Origin: Tricharina praecox
Lineage: Eukaryota
Length of the DNA: 64,000 bases
Assembly: GCF_024521635.1 (NCBI RefSeq)
Contig: NW_026250444.1
Location: 1-64,000, forward strand
Reading direction: 5' to 3'
Part shown: one piece after another, positions 13,806-25,274 of the stretch
Numbering within the stretch: position 1 is the first letter of the stretch
How the letters are laid out: the number at the start of each line of letters is the position of its first letter
Notes under the pieces: model-generated
Databases searched by the model: none
What the model saw: only the letters and a program-made list of their open reading frames with translations
What the model was told of the DNA's origin: nothing
Program-made: the position numbers and the translations under genes

Positions 13806-14750
13806 TCAAGAATGCAACAAAAAGTCCTTGACCAGCGGCGAGCCGGCGAACTGAGGATTGAGCAAAATACAGCTGCGGTGACCCGTTAGTCGACCCGACC
13901 CAGCAAGATGAGGACAAGAGAGAATGAGTAAGTGAGGAGGTTAGATAGGTGGGTAAGACGCACGATAGGAAGTACGATAGGCCTTGTCGGCGCGACTCGA
14001 GGAACTTTGGGCGGAATTTGGCTGGACAACAGTTAGCCATGGGCGGGCTGGACTCGGGGAGAACACATCCCCGGAGGAGGGGAAAGATGGGGGAAAGATG
14101 GGGCAATATATGGGGCAATGGGCGTGCATACATATCACACTCTTCGGAGGCAGCTCCGGCAAGTACTTGACGGACCGAGGAAACGTCGACTTCAACTGTT
14201 CATGGAGCAGAAAGAACTCGGAGTATCTGTCCAACCTCAACAGCAACACATTAGTTCCATAGCATCAAGCTAAGCGCGCACGCACTCGCGCGTGCGTGGG
14301 GTGCGCTGGGTGGTGTTATGGGCATACCGTTTGCGAACGGTGAACTGAGCGCCCTGTTCACGTCTGTCAAAAATCTATTTCCCGACGACGGGGGATTGGA
14401 CAGGAACGCACCTCGAACGTCTCGATCAGACAGTTCCACGCCACATACGCACCCGCTCGGGTCCTGCTCCCGGACACGATGGCGTAGTCGACGACCTGGG
14501 CGCGCCGGGCCCAGAGGCCGGCCGTGTTCTCGCCTGGAGTCACCGTGTGGTCCTCGAGAGTGATCGGTGCGGGCGATAGTAGCTGGAGTGCGCCGCCTTC
14601 GTGGTCGTCATCGTCGTGGAGGTTGTAGCTCAGTGTTCCCCCTCCGCCAGCGTGGTCGTCGTCATGACCATAGTAGCTCAGGCATCCTCCATCATCACCG
14701 CCACCACCATGTGTCGATTCTTCGTGCGGTCGTTCGGGAGTAATGTTCAT
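13806..14750 (-). CDS. YPT35: PX-domain endosomal/vacuolar adapter Ypt35, multi-exon
   Basis: ITLEDHT, GAYVAWNC, RKRYSEF, LPELPPKS and FLESRRQGLSYFL..ILLNPQFAGSPLVKDFL motifs; stop TGA 13806-13808. Confidence 0.88.
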
Positions 14751-17396
14751 GTCCGGAGATGAATTTCGGTCTCTTTTTGCTCGCTACAACATGTTGCGTG
14801 TCGTCTTGTAGGTATTGGTTGGGTGTTGCGTCAGCAAGAAAGAAGAAGAAGTATTCGTCGAAAGCCGGTTGCGGGTTGCAAGGGTGAGCTCCTAGGTAAG
14901 TCTGGCTTGGGGGAGACGCAACTCTTCCACGAGCCTGGAAATCATTCGTTGGTTGTCACGTGCGTATGTAGCCGTGTGTGGCAGCGGAGAAAGGTGGTCA
15001 TTTGCCAGCCATGGCAATTGAAAGTTGAGCCTGAGGACCACGGCAAAGAGGCCAAGAACTTAGAAGAGATTTTCGCTTTACTTCTTGTACATACGGGTAT
15101 CTAGATTCTTCATATGGGGCAGGGATGAAAAGTCCCTGCTGTGAAATTTTCTCAATGGAGGATGGATGGAGAAAGGAGAGTTCATCAAATTCTATATACT
15201 GTATCTACATAGACTACACGGAGTAAGCGCACAACTATAATACATAATACCTGGGTGTTCCAGCCTCCATCACGACGAAAATAAGCGTTGCATATACTTC
15301 TACATAGATGAGCAAAATCGCGCTGCTTCGGGCAGTTTATCCGGCCGGAGCGTGCGACGGTCAGTCGTCGACCACGGGTGGGGGGGGGCGGTATCTTCAT
15401 GAACCGTCACTCGGTTTTCTCACGTTTCGCTCTGAAGTAATTGGGCGTTATCCGTTTTGGGGGTATGGACATGTGTAGAACTGTGGATGAGAAACGGAGT
15501 GCGTACGTTAAGTATATGATCCTCACAGATCGAATGCTGAAATGATATAACATTAAAAAAACCTGCATCTATTCGTGTCGATCCTTCCAAATAGTATGAA
15601 GCCTCTCGAATTTTCTTTACAAATCACATTGCATTGCCTTTTATTCCCTCCAACGATAGAGTGGCCGCTCTGAAGTTCGAAACGGCATGCATACACCACA
15701 TCGCATCGCATCCAGTTCTTCAGCTCAGCTCAAGCTTGGCCGCTGCAAGCGCAATCGCAATTGCAATTGCAGGATCCGCAGCGAACGAACGATAGAATGC
15801 ACCTATGAAGCAGGTAATTGAAACAAGCGTTTGGAGATGTCTGGGGTCTATGTACAGGCGATTCGACGGCAGATCGGTCAGGGCTTGACTAAGCAAGTAT
15901 CGCCAGAGTTGGTGGAGAGAGTGTGTGTGTTTCGTACGTACGTAAGCTTCCGGCAGCAGATTGGTGGTATGGCCGTTTCGCTCTTCGCTCTTTGCAGAGC
16001 ACCCCACAACTCCAGCATATGATTGCATAGGTGGATACATACATGCTGGTTGTGTACGGTACCCCACAGCGATCGATTCCCCGGACTTCGTTTGGCGATG
16101 ATGAACCCCCCCCCCCCCCCCCCATTAACCATTAACCGTCCGAGCAAGAGGAATCTGACCGCAGTGGATGTGCAAGGACGTTCCCGGTCAGCAGTGACAT
16201 CCTTGACGTGGAGAACCGAGTTCGGGAATCTGCCTGACAGGCCGAGGACTCCACTCCACTAGTAGTAGTTGGTAGTAGGATTAGTAGGAGTAGTAGTGCC
16301 TAGGAGTGGTAGGAGTAGTAGCAATTGTAGTGGCAATTGTAGTAATAGTAGTGATGGTGGTAGTAATTACTCTGCGATGTTCATCCTCACATATTTTACC
16401 AGCCACCGCGCAAGTATATAGTACTCATGTAGGTACGGGCACTGGCGGGAAGTGAATCCGCATCACAAGTTAGCCAGACAGATAACTACCGGTATGCAAC
16501 GGGTGCGGGTAGATACGTCGCACGTATGGGTGGATATGTAGAGTACCTAGATATGTAGAGTGTGTTGCACTCAGATGCAGATTGTCGATCGCTCAGCGGC
16601 CGGTGGCTGTCAACGCCGAAGGAACGGAACCCACGGAACTGTCGGCAGCGAGCGTTAGTGGTCGTATGATGGGCGTCCGATGTCTGGCAGGCTACGGCTG
16701 GCCATGGCCGGCCTATGAAGAGTGCAGGAGGCTTGTCCGTTGATTCTCTTTTTGCACCTCGATCACGAAGGACGAAAGTCTTCAGGCTTGCGCGGCCCTG
16801 TTGAATCCGGATTGTCGAAGCAACACTGCAACGGGCTCGGATGCAGGGGGGATTTCGTTTTCTTTTCTTTTTCTCTTTCTCTTTCGCTTTCGCTTTTTTC
16901 CTTCGCGCTCTCCCGCGAAAAAAGGCTGGGAAGCAAGCAACTCACCCGCCCAGCCTTGCTCGTTGCGGTCAACAGTTAGAAGTCCGCACCCAAGTCACTA
17001 ACTAATCGCCCAAAATGATCCTCAGGGATGGCGGCCCCCTTTGTGTGGAGAAGTTGCGTGTGTGACACCTTCACTTCGGCTGATTCGAGATCGGTGTGGC
17101 CAAACATCCCCCATCACGCTCGTCCCCCGTCCTCCTCCTCCTTCCCTCCCTCCCTCCTTCTTGTCATCGCTCATTGTTTTTATTATTATCTTCAATCCGC
17201 CAGCATCCGCTCTTCCCCGTGCTTCCCGAAGTCCTTCGTTTATCTGCTGCACACACCCTGCCCCAGTGACCAACGCTCTTCTTGACTACTTCTTAATCGT
17301 GCTCACCTCCTCACTTCTTTCCTCACTTCTTGTCGTCAACTGTCGCTTCTCCCAAGCTCCCCTGGCTTCATTCGTTTGTCTCCACCCCTGAGGTTC

Positions 17397-17553
17397 GTAA
17401 GTCTACAGACCGGCCCCCCTACCCTCAGTCACAGACCCTCTCCCTTCGGATATTCCTCTAAAGGACTCCACATTCCTAGCCAGCTTCCTCATGATCCGTT
17501 AATTGCAGCATTGATCCGATTGGCTAACCTGATTGTATTTCCTGTATTTTCAG
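17397..17553 (+). other. 5'UTR intron of the Cys-rich GPI protein gene
   Basis: GTAAGT donor, GCTAAC branch point and TTTTCAG acceptor, ending about 110 nt before the ATG. Confidence 0.6.
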
Positions 17554-17660
17554 CGCTTTAAACTCCCTCCTCCTCCTTCTCCAACTTCCTCGCCCTTCAC
17601 TTCACCCGCACCCACACACACAAACAAAAAATCACAAAAAAACATCACAAACACGACAAG

Positions 17661-18373
17661 ATGCGCTCCAACACGCTCCTCTCCGCTGCCCTGCTCGTCT
17701 TCGGAGCTACCTTCCCTGCCGTGACCGTGGGCTACAACATCAGTTCCATCGCTATCGATACGAGAACCGGTTGGTGTAATGCACAGGTATGAGGCGGACG
17801 GCGTATGTGCTTATGGTTGGACCAAGACACTGATCTGGTGAATTACAGGTTGCCCAGTGTCCCGCACTCTGCGCCGACCAGAAGGAGGGCTTGACCGACA
17901 AGGAGAACGACTGTTTCCCCGTACGCTCTCCCTCCCCTCCTCCTCCACCTGCAACCCACTAACCCCGTCCCCCCAGGAGAACCTCTTCTACGTGTGCGTG
18001 TGCAGCGATGGCAGCCGCCCAAACCTGACGCAGTACTCGGAGACAATCCCGTACTACCTCTGCACGCTCGACCAAGGCGACTGCATCAAGAACTGCGGCA
18101 GCGACAACACATGTGCCGACCAGTGCCGTAAGACGTACGTGTGCGGCGCCACGTCCCCCCGCAAGATCAATGCCACCGCCTCTGGGACTAAGTCGTCGAC
18201 GTCGGCCTCCGCCTCCTCGACCGGCGTCGTCAGCGGTGACGGCTTCGCCACAACCGGTACCCCCCGATGCCGACAACGCTGCTGCCGGCGTGCTGCTGAA
18301 GCTCGGCAGCGCATACGGCGTCGGCATCGTTGCGGCGGGTATCGCCGTCGGTGCGGCTCTCATCGGTATGTAA
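17661..18373 (+). CDS. Secreted Cys-rich, Ser/Thr-rich GPI-anchored cell-surface protein; apparent 1-nt frameshift at 18260-18265
   Basis: Signal peptide MRSNTLLSAALLVFG; WC..Q...CP.LC, CVC..G..PN..QYS.TIPY..C motifs; introns 17787-17848 and 17921-17976; hydrophobic GPI tail is in the adjacent frame. Confidence 0.8.
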
Positions 18374-18978
18374 TGGCATCATCATCGTCATAACATACAT
18401 ACCACGAGCCGAAAGGGAGGGAGGGGGCGTTTCCATTCTTCTGATTTGTCTGCTACGTGTGCTTTGTTCTACCTACAGCTCTCTTAATTCGTTCCCTCCC
18501 TTCGTTGCTGTTATTTCTGGGCGCGATTCGAATTGCATTGTGTGGACTGGTGTTTTTCTTTGTTTGTGTGTTTGTGTGTTTATTTGTCTGTGGGGTGGGT
18601 GGGCGGTGGGCAGCGGCCGTAGTGAGAACAGCCAAGTTCCAACGGATGGGTGTTTACCGTAGTTATCATACTACCGGTACGGGGTCGCTACATTTTACCA
18701 TGTGATGTAAATGTGAATGGTGAAATGTTTTATTTTTATTTTTTTTGCTTGGTGGGTCGTCCGGAAGTTGGCGGGTGTAACACACACCAAAACGTAGAGT
18801 AAACACGAGTGATCCAGCGTGCAAAGGATATCAACACCACATCTATTTCCACCAACTAGCAGTTCCAGCACAACACAACACAAAGAGATCGCTCGAATCG
18901 TAAAATATATACCATCAAAACCATACCGCACAATAAGCACAAAACAAAACAAACCCCACTTCCTGCTCGTTTGACGAT

Positions 18979-20507
18979 CTATCCACTGAAAGCCGTCTGC
19001 AAGAATCCCTGAACCGCCTTAAGCGCCTCGTAGCGCACCTCCGCATCGCCATCGCCCATAAGCGTCATAACCCTAGCCTTAACGCCGAGCTCGACCCACT
19101 TCTTCCTGACCATTGGGACCTCTCTGACGAGGACGCCGACGTCGTTGCACGCGACTGCGAGCACCGTCTTGTCCGTGCTCTGCGCGAGGACCTTGGCCAG
19201 CTGCTTTACCAGCTCAGAGTCCTCGACGATCTCGCGCGCGTGCCGCTTCCAGAAGCCTTCGTTCCGGTGCGGGGGTGACCAGCGAAGGTGTGTGGACATC
19301 ACCTCGATTCGGTACGAGGAGAGTGTGGTTTGTGAGTTTTGGAAGTTTTCGAGGGAGGAGGTCACCGTGTTAAGGTCTGAGGTCAGGTCTGGGTCCGAAT
19401 CGGAGTTGAAGCGCGTAGAGAGCGTTTGCAGGTACGGCAGGATGTTGGTTACGAGCAGCGTGGGGAGGTTGGTACTGCTGGATTTGAGGACGAGGTTGGT
19501 GAGGATTGCGAGGGTGACGCGGGTTATTTTTTCCTTGATCGGCGAGCGGAGGATCGTTGTTATCGGGGGGATGATGTCGTATTTGCTACTGGCTATTAGA
19601 CGGGGACGGATGGATGGCGGAGGAGGGGATATGCGTACTCGTTTATCTCCTCCGCAACGGTCTCGTCGAATGTCAACTGCCAAACCACCAGCAGGACATG
19701 ATACACAAGCTGTAGCGGCACGCCGCCTTGGACAATACCCACCGACGCACCCGTAGAACTCGCATCACTCCGATCACTCGCTGTCCCACCCGCCGTTTCC
19801 TGCAGCAGCCCCACGAGCGGCGGCATGATCTCCTCCTTCATGTCCCAAAACGCCTCTCTAGCGTATGGCGTGCGCAGGAGCACTACGTACGCTTGTATGG
19901 CGAGGTCTTGTTGGTCGCGTTCCTGTGCCTTTGAGACGGTGCTGAGGTAGCGGTAGAATTTTGGGACCGCATCGAGGACGGCGGGGGAGAGCTTCTTGTT
20001 GCTGGCGAGGGAGAGTGATAGCAACGGGGTGAGGATAGCGGCGCTGAGCACGGGGATTACGGGGTCGGTCGAGCCTTCGAGGAGGGAGAGGAGGAGCTCG
20101 AAGGGGTTCTTTAGGGCCAGTAGCGACTGCGCAAAGCTGGGAACATCTATCATCACCCCCAATCAGCCCTCTCCCATCGTCTCCCATCACCCCCCAGACA
20201 TCTCCGCACACTCACCCTCCAACAGATCGCCTGTCCACATGAGCATCCACTGGACGAGATCAATCCTGTCGACATTGGCGCTTTTGCGCACGACTCCGGT
20301 GTCGCCCAGTATGAGCTGCGCATACGTCTCGGGCTCCTCCTGGAGGATCTGTGTCCTGCGAGCTGCCGAGACCTTGTCGGCCGCCTTGATCGCTTTCACA
20401 TCCGCGTCTGTTACTACATTGTACCGGATGTATGCATCCCACGCTACCGCACGCTTGCGCACTAAGGATTTGTATTCGTCGAGGATGCTTTGGCCGTCGA
20501 GGGACAT
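18979..20507 (-). CDS. VMA13: V-type ATPase subunit H, 3 exons
   Basis: LQLVYHVLLVVWQLTF, KEKITRV, LRWSPPHRNEGFW, AVACNDVG and EVRYEALKAVQ motifs. Confidence 0.95.
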
Positions 20508-20947
20508 GATGGGCGAGGAGTGGGTGGCGAGTGGTCGTTGGGTATCGTAAGGTGGGGGGAGGTGCGGGAGTGGGCGAGAGGTTGAGCACTGCGGGAGCTT
20601 GGAGGTGTTGGTACGTCACTCGCTTACCCGGCGGATTGCAGGGACCATGTCCATCATCAGATGTCGCTCGTCTTTGCGTTATCAACTACTTGAATGGAAC
20701 ATTTACTCTAGATGAGTCCTTAGATACATTGCTGGAAACATCGACAGTCGCTCGGCATTCAGTGGAAAGCAAGACACGCGATTCTATTGTACTGCGAAAT
20801 CCGCCTTCCGACAAAACTAAGATACAGTCGCCCCCCTCCACCCGCATGCATCCATCATCCGTACTTCCGTTCGTCCATTCCGAAGCATTATACAAGGGAA
20901 AAAAAACAATCCTTTTTTCGAAGTCCTGTCCTTTTTTTTGTACTTGC

Positions 20948-22323
20948 TTACTCGGCGGAAGCGGCGGCACCGGTGATAATCTCGACCAGCTCACCAGTGA
21001 TGACAGCCTGTCGGGTACGGTTGTACAGAATCTGGAACTTGCCAATCATCTCTCCAGCGTTCTTGGAAGCGTTATCCATGGCGTTACGACGAGCGGCAAT
21101 CTCGCAGGCGTAGCCCTCGGCAAGAGCCTGTCCAGCGTCAGTGAATACAGGAGCGGGGGATGATCGGATTGTCTTGGCTCATTCTTACCCAGTAGATGGA
21201 GTTGGCAAGAGCGAACTCACGAAGGTTGGGGAGCTGCTCATCCTCAATCTCGAAGGCGGAGATGTTGGCTGGTTGGTGATTGCCGGATTAGCCGAATTAA
21301 ACAACAGAAGACGGAAAGCCAACGGCGGATGCGACAGAAAAGACAAGGAACCTCAGAAGGAAGGCAACGGAAAATATCCACATGGTTTTGCGCTCTCGGA
21401 TATGACAATGGTTTACATCCGAATTCTTTTCATCACTAGTTCGGGTAGGAAAGGGGGGAGAGTGCTAGGGGGAAGGTATGATGGACTCACCAGCAGCCTT
21501 CATCGACTCCTCAGAGTAGGCGTTCATGGTGGTAGCCTCGTACGAGACGGGGGTCAAGAACGAGTTGTATACGATCTCGACATTGTCGTACTCGGTGTCC
21601 AGCGCCATGATCTGGTTTGCGATGGCCTGGGCGGTCGCAAAGGTGGGAACGTCCTTTCCGATACCCGAGAAGCTCAACACCATGTTCCTCGCGTTCGATC
21701 TTCCGAGTTGCGCCCTGCACTTCTCGCCCATGACGACAAGGTCGGCATTCTCGTTGGCGAGCAACTTCAGACGCACAGCCTTCGACAAACTCGAGTGCAC
21801 ACCTCCGCAAAGTCCCTTGTCGGACGACGAGACGATGTAGAGGGTCTTGCCGGTCTCGCTGGGTTGAGCCTCGGCCTCCTCGAAAAGCTTGTTGGACGTC
21901 TTTCCGTAGATCCGAGATTCGGCCATGGACTTCTGAGCCTGGTTCATCTTGGTAGAAGCGACAATCTTCATGGTCTTGGTGATCTTCTCGATGTTCTTGA
22001 TCGACTTGAGACGACCTTCAATCTCGCGCAGAGTGGCATAGTTGTTGGAGAGGACCGGCCTGACAAAAGGTGGATGACGAAGGCGGTCAGTTCGGTTTGT
22101 CCATAGCGCTCTATTCCCTCTTCTCCTCCTTCGCTCTCTTTTCCTCTCTTTCTTTCGGCAAACCCGCAACCAGTCACCAGTGACCGACACCCTTTTCTTC
22201 TTGTTCTCGGTTCGGAGCGGGGGATGCTGGGTTGAGGGTGGGGGAGGAGCATTGGGAGGGCAATTACCTGCAAGAAGCAGCGGCTGCCCGTTGAAGGGCG
22301 GGTCTGGCTGCCCGGGAAAGCAT
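20948..22323 (-). CDS. ATP3: Mitochondrial F1 ATP synthase gamma subunit, 4 exons
   Basis: Presequence [47 protein letters not shown] and [16 protein letters not shown] motifs. Confidence 0.97.
21348..21442 (-). ncRNA. snR52: Intronic box C/D snoRNA, snR52-like (predicted 18S rRNA Am420 guide)
   Basis: C box GTGATGA (21436-21430), D box CTGA (21356-21353), terminal stem GAAC/GTTC; guide TTGCCTTCCTT complementary to conserved SSU AAGGAAGGCAG; the D+5 rule points to the A equivalent to yeast A420. Confidence 0.8.
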
Positions 22324-23887
22324 AGCGATGGAGGACGCTTGTGGAAGTGAACGGTGTTGGTGGGGGGTGGGGGGCGATGGCTCGGAGGGGAGAGGTGACG
22401 GAATTTCGGTTTCAAAACGGAGAAAGTCGCGATAGAGCCGGGGAGGGTTGATTTGCCTGCCTTGTCTCACTCCGCTTCATTTTGGTCCGTTTCGGCTGTC
22501 TAGACGAACGCTGATTGGCTAGGGCTTAGTAATGACCACAGTATTTCTTTGATTTTCGACATTCATTTTTTATTCACGCAAAAAATGCATACAAGTAATC
22601 GATATCGCACGATTGTGAAGCTCTTTTCCCCCGAAGCAGGACTTATGAGGAGAATTCTAGTCATATGCGGTGCAGTTCATTCTGATCTGTATCCCTCGAA
22701 TCGTAGAGTTATGATACGTGACTCTGTTCCATTCACCCTCAGAAACGACTGCGGGAAATCGATAGAAATCGGCTTGAGAAACAAATTTAGGATTCACCTT
22801 AACGATGGAGCGGCACAGCGAAAAGGGCATGTTCAAGTATGATACCTGATAACACGTCTAGAAAATGGGACCGCTCATGTCGCCAATATCCATTATCGAG
22901 ACCACCATGGGATCAAACTACGGTGACCAAGATGACAGATTGGCGAGATGGATGCCCAAAGACTGACCAGAGGTCCATCGAGGAAATATCGTTACCTTGG
23001 GGCATGCTATTTCAACAGTCCAGCAGTTTTCCATCCGGCCAAACAGTGACTGAGAAGTCCCCCAATCACCTGTTGTCACTCAGCCTTACATCTCAACGAT
23101 GTGTTTTGGCTACGAAAGTAGGTTGAAGCCGCTAATCTGGAACAGCAACGTGATTTCACGATCCAGGGACAACAATTGCGCTTCTTCACCATCTGTCGAA
23201 ATGGTGCTCGCAGCCTCGACTCCGTGAGCGGGGATCTACGGGCCCAAGGCACCCAGTCTGGGCCTCGACAAAGAATCGCAAGAAATTCTCGGCCGGCAAG
23301 CAATCACCGTCAGCAGAAAATCGAGGACTGTGGTTTATACTGGGACGGTCCGAGTCCTCAAATCGACTTATCATAGTTACATGTCTCGGGCACTCCATTG
23401 TGGATGGCCAGGAAAGTGTCTCTCGCGCAGATGACGGGGCTGTCTGACAGGAATCCGGGTTCTCGGCTGGCAGAGATTCTTCTGCCGGTGTATTATGTAT
23501 ACTCTACCGCATGCCTACCTGATGCGGTGGCCGGTCTGCTGGGTGCGTGTTCGACATGCTCGACACGTTCGACGAAATGTGCCGGTCCCAGCTGCAGCGG
23601 TTAACGACAACTCCACCCGGAAGAGAGATCTCGACCATCGCAATCGTTGGCATTTCGGGAGATTCCACCACGTAAACAGTCGGCAACACAGTGATTCACA
23701 TCCCACACAGAAAGTTCCATGTCCACCAGCAGCAGTCCACAGAGAAGCACTCGAGGGGGTGGCATGCAAGGTGCCTCCTAGCGATCGATAGCCGAGACAG
23801 ATACAGCAGATAAACTCGGATCGGAAGTATCTACCGGGCACGCGGGTGCAGTGGGAAGGGGAAGGGGAAGAGGAAGAGGATGATGGA

Positions 23888-24070
23888 GAAGAAGAAGAAG
23901 AAGAAGAAGAAGAAGAAGAAGAAGAAGAAGAAGAAGAAGAAGAAGAAGAAGAAGAAGAAGAAGAAGAAGAAGAAGAAGAAGAAGAAGAAGAAGAAGAAGA
24001 AGAAGAAGAAGAAGAAGAAGAAGAAGAAGAAGAAGAAGAAGAAGAAGAAGAAGAAGAAGAAGAAGAAGAA
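23888..24070. repeat. Perfect (GAA)n tract, about 61 units
   Basis: 183 bp uninterrupted. Confidence 0.97.
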
Positions 24071-25274
24071 AAAGATGGGACGGATGAGACGATGCATCTG
24101 CTTTCACGTGAAGATGGGCTGCAAGAGGAGAAGAGATTTGGGGACCGTCGAATGGATTAAGACCTTCTCACTCGGCAGAGTCTTCCCGCTACCATGATCA
24201 TCGTGTCAACCTCTCTCGTTAATCTTGGCGAATATGGAGCTGGGTTGGGCTCGAGTCTCACCCGTTCTGCTCTCCAACTTCACAGCCGTGCTGAGTGCGG
24301 ATATCACCGTTGTGGGTCCTGACGGTTGCCCGAAGTACAGATACTGAATTCTGTTCCGCTCAGTCTCTTCAGCCCGACTTTGCGGTCATGTGGAGGAGAC
24401 TCAACACCTACCTACACCACGCATTCCGGGACATCCGCAATGCCCGCTGTTCTTCTCCGCTCGAACTATGCTCAGCTAAAGCGGGTAGTGGCGGACCGCG
24501 TGCGCGAGTGCCAGGTCCTGAAATTGCCATCTTCATCGAATCGTCAAGAAGGTTTACATACCTGCTCTAGTGGAAGTTGACGGCGAACGAGCATCTTTTT
24601 TTCTCACTCTTCTTCTCGGTCTTCTTTTCGCTCTCTCTCTCTCTCTCTCACACAACTCTCTCCGATCCTTTCAACTCTCTCCGTCTCTTCTTCGCCCTTT
24701 TTCCTTTTCTCCTCCCTCTCCTCCTCCTACTCCTTCTCCTTCCGCTTCTCCTCATTCTATTCCCTCTCTTTTCATCTCCCATCTCCATCTCCATCTCCAT
24801 CTCGTCGACTTCAACACAGCAACGCCAGCAAACCGTCGCCCAACGACCTCCGCCCACGGCTCCAACAAACTTCAGAGATAGATATAGTTTCGTGTACATC
24901 TCGTTTCGGATCCCGAAGCCGTTCTCTATCTTCTTCTCTCTGTCCCCAGAGAATCCTGCATCGGGGTTGCTTCAATCCCTTTCCCTCTCAACATAATTTG
25001 CGCCAACAGTGGTGGCTCCCGCGTCATCGGGGTTGCCGCTTCTTCGCTTTTCACATCAGCCCGTTGGGCTGCGCGACGCCTCCTGCCACCACCCAGCAAC
25101 CACGTCCTCCCAGCTTTCTCGAACCCCCGAATCCTCCTTCACCTGCGACACCTCAACACCCGCGCTCCGCGAACACCTCACCCAACAATATCGAGAACTA
25201 CTACGACCGCAACGACAACCTTCGCCGCTAGATTCTCGCGTCCTCCACCTCCGCCGCCCTCGATACTCGCCACC

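Noticed and set aside
14900..15800. Possible multi-exon gene with several splice-like signals and a coding-like last segment
   Set aside because: Could not assemble a consistent frame or recognise a domain
18979..22323. Adjacent V-ATPase and F-ATPase subunit genes as a functional cluster
   Set aside because: Different organelles and no shared regulatory signal seen; chance adjacency is sufficient
22549..23800. Short ORFs in the ATP3-TOP1 intergenic region
   Set aside because: No motifs and no coherent exon chain
23778..24197. Poly-E, poly-K, poly-L and poly-F ORFs
   Set aside because: They are translations of the (GAA)n tract, with no coding context
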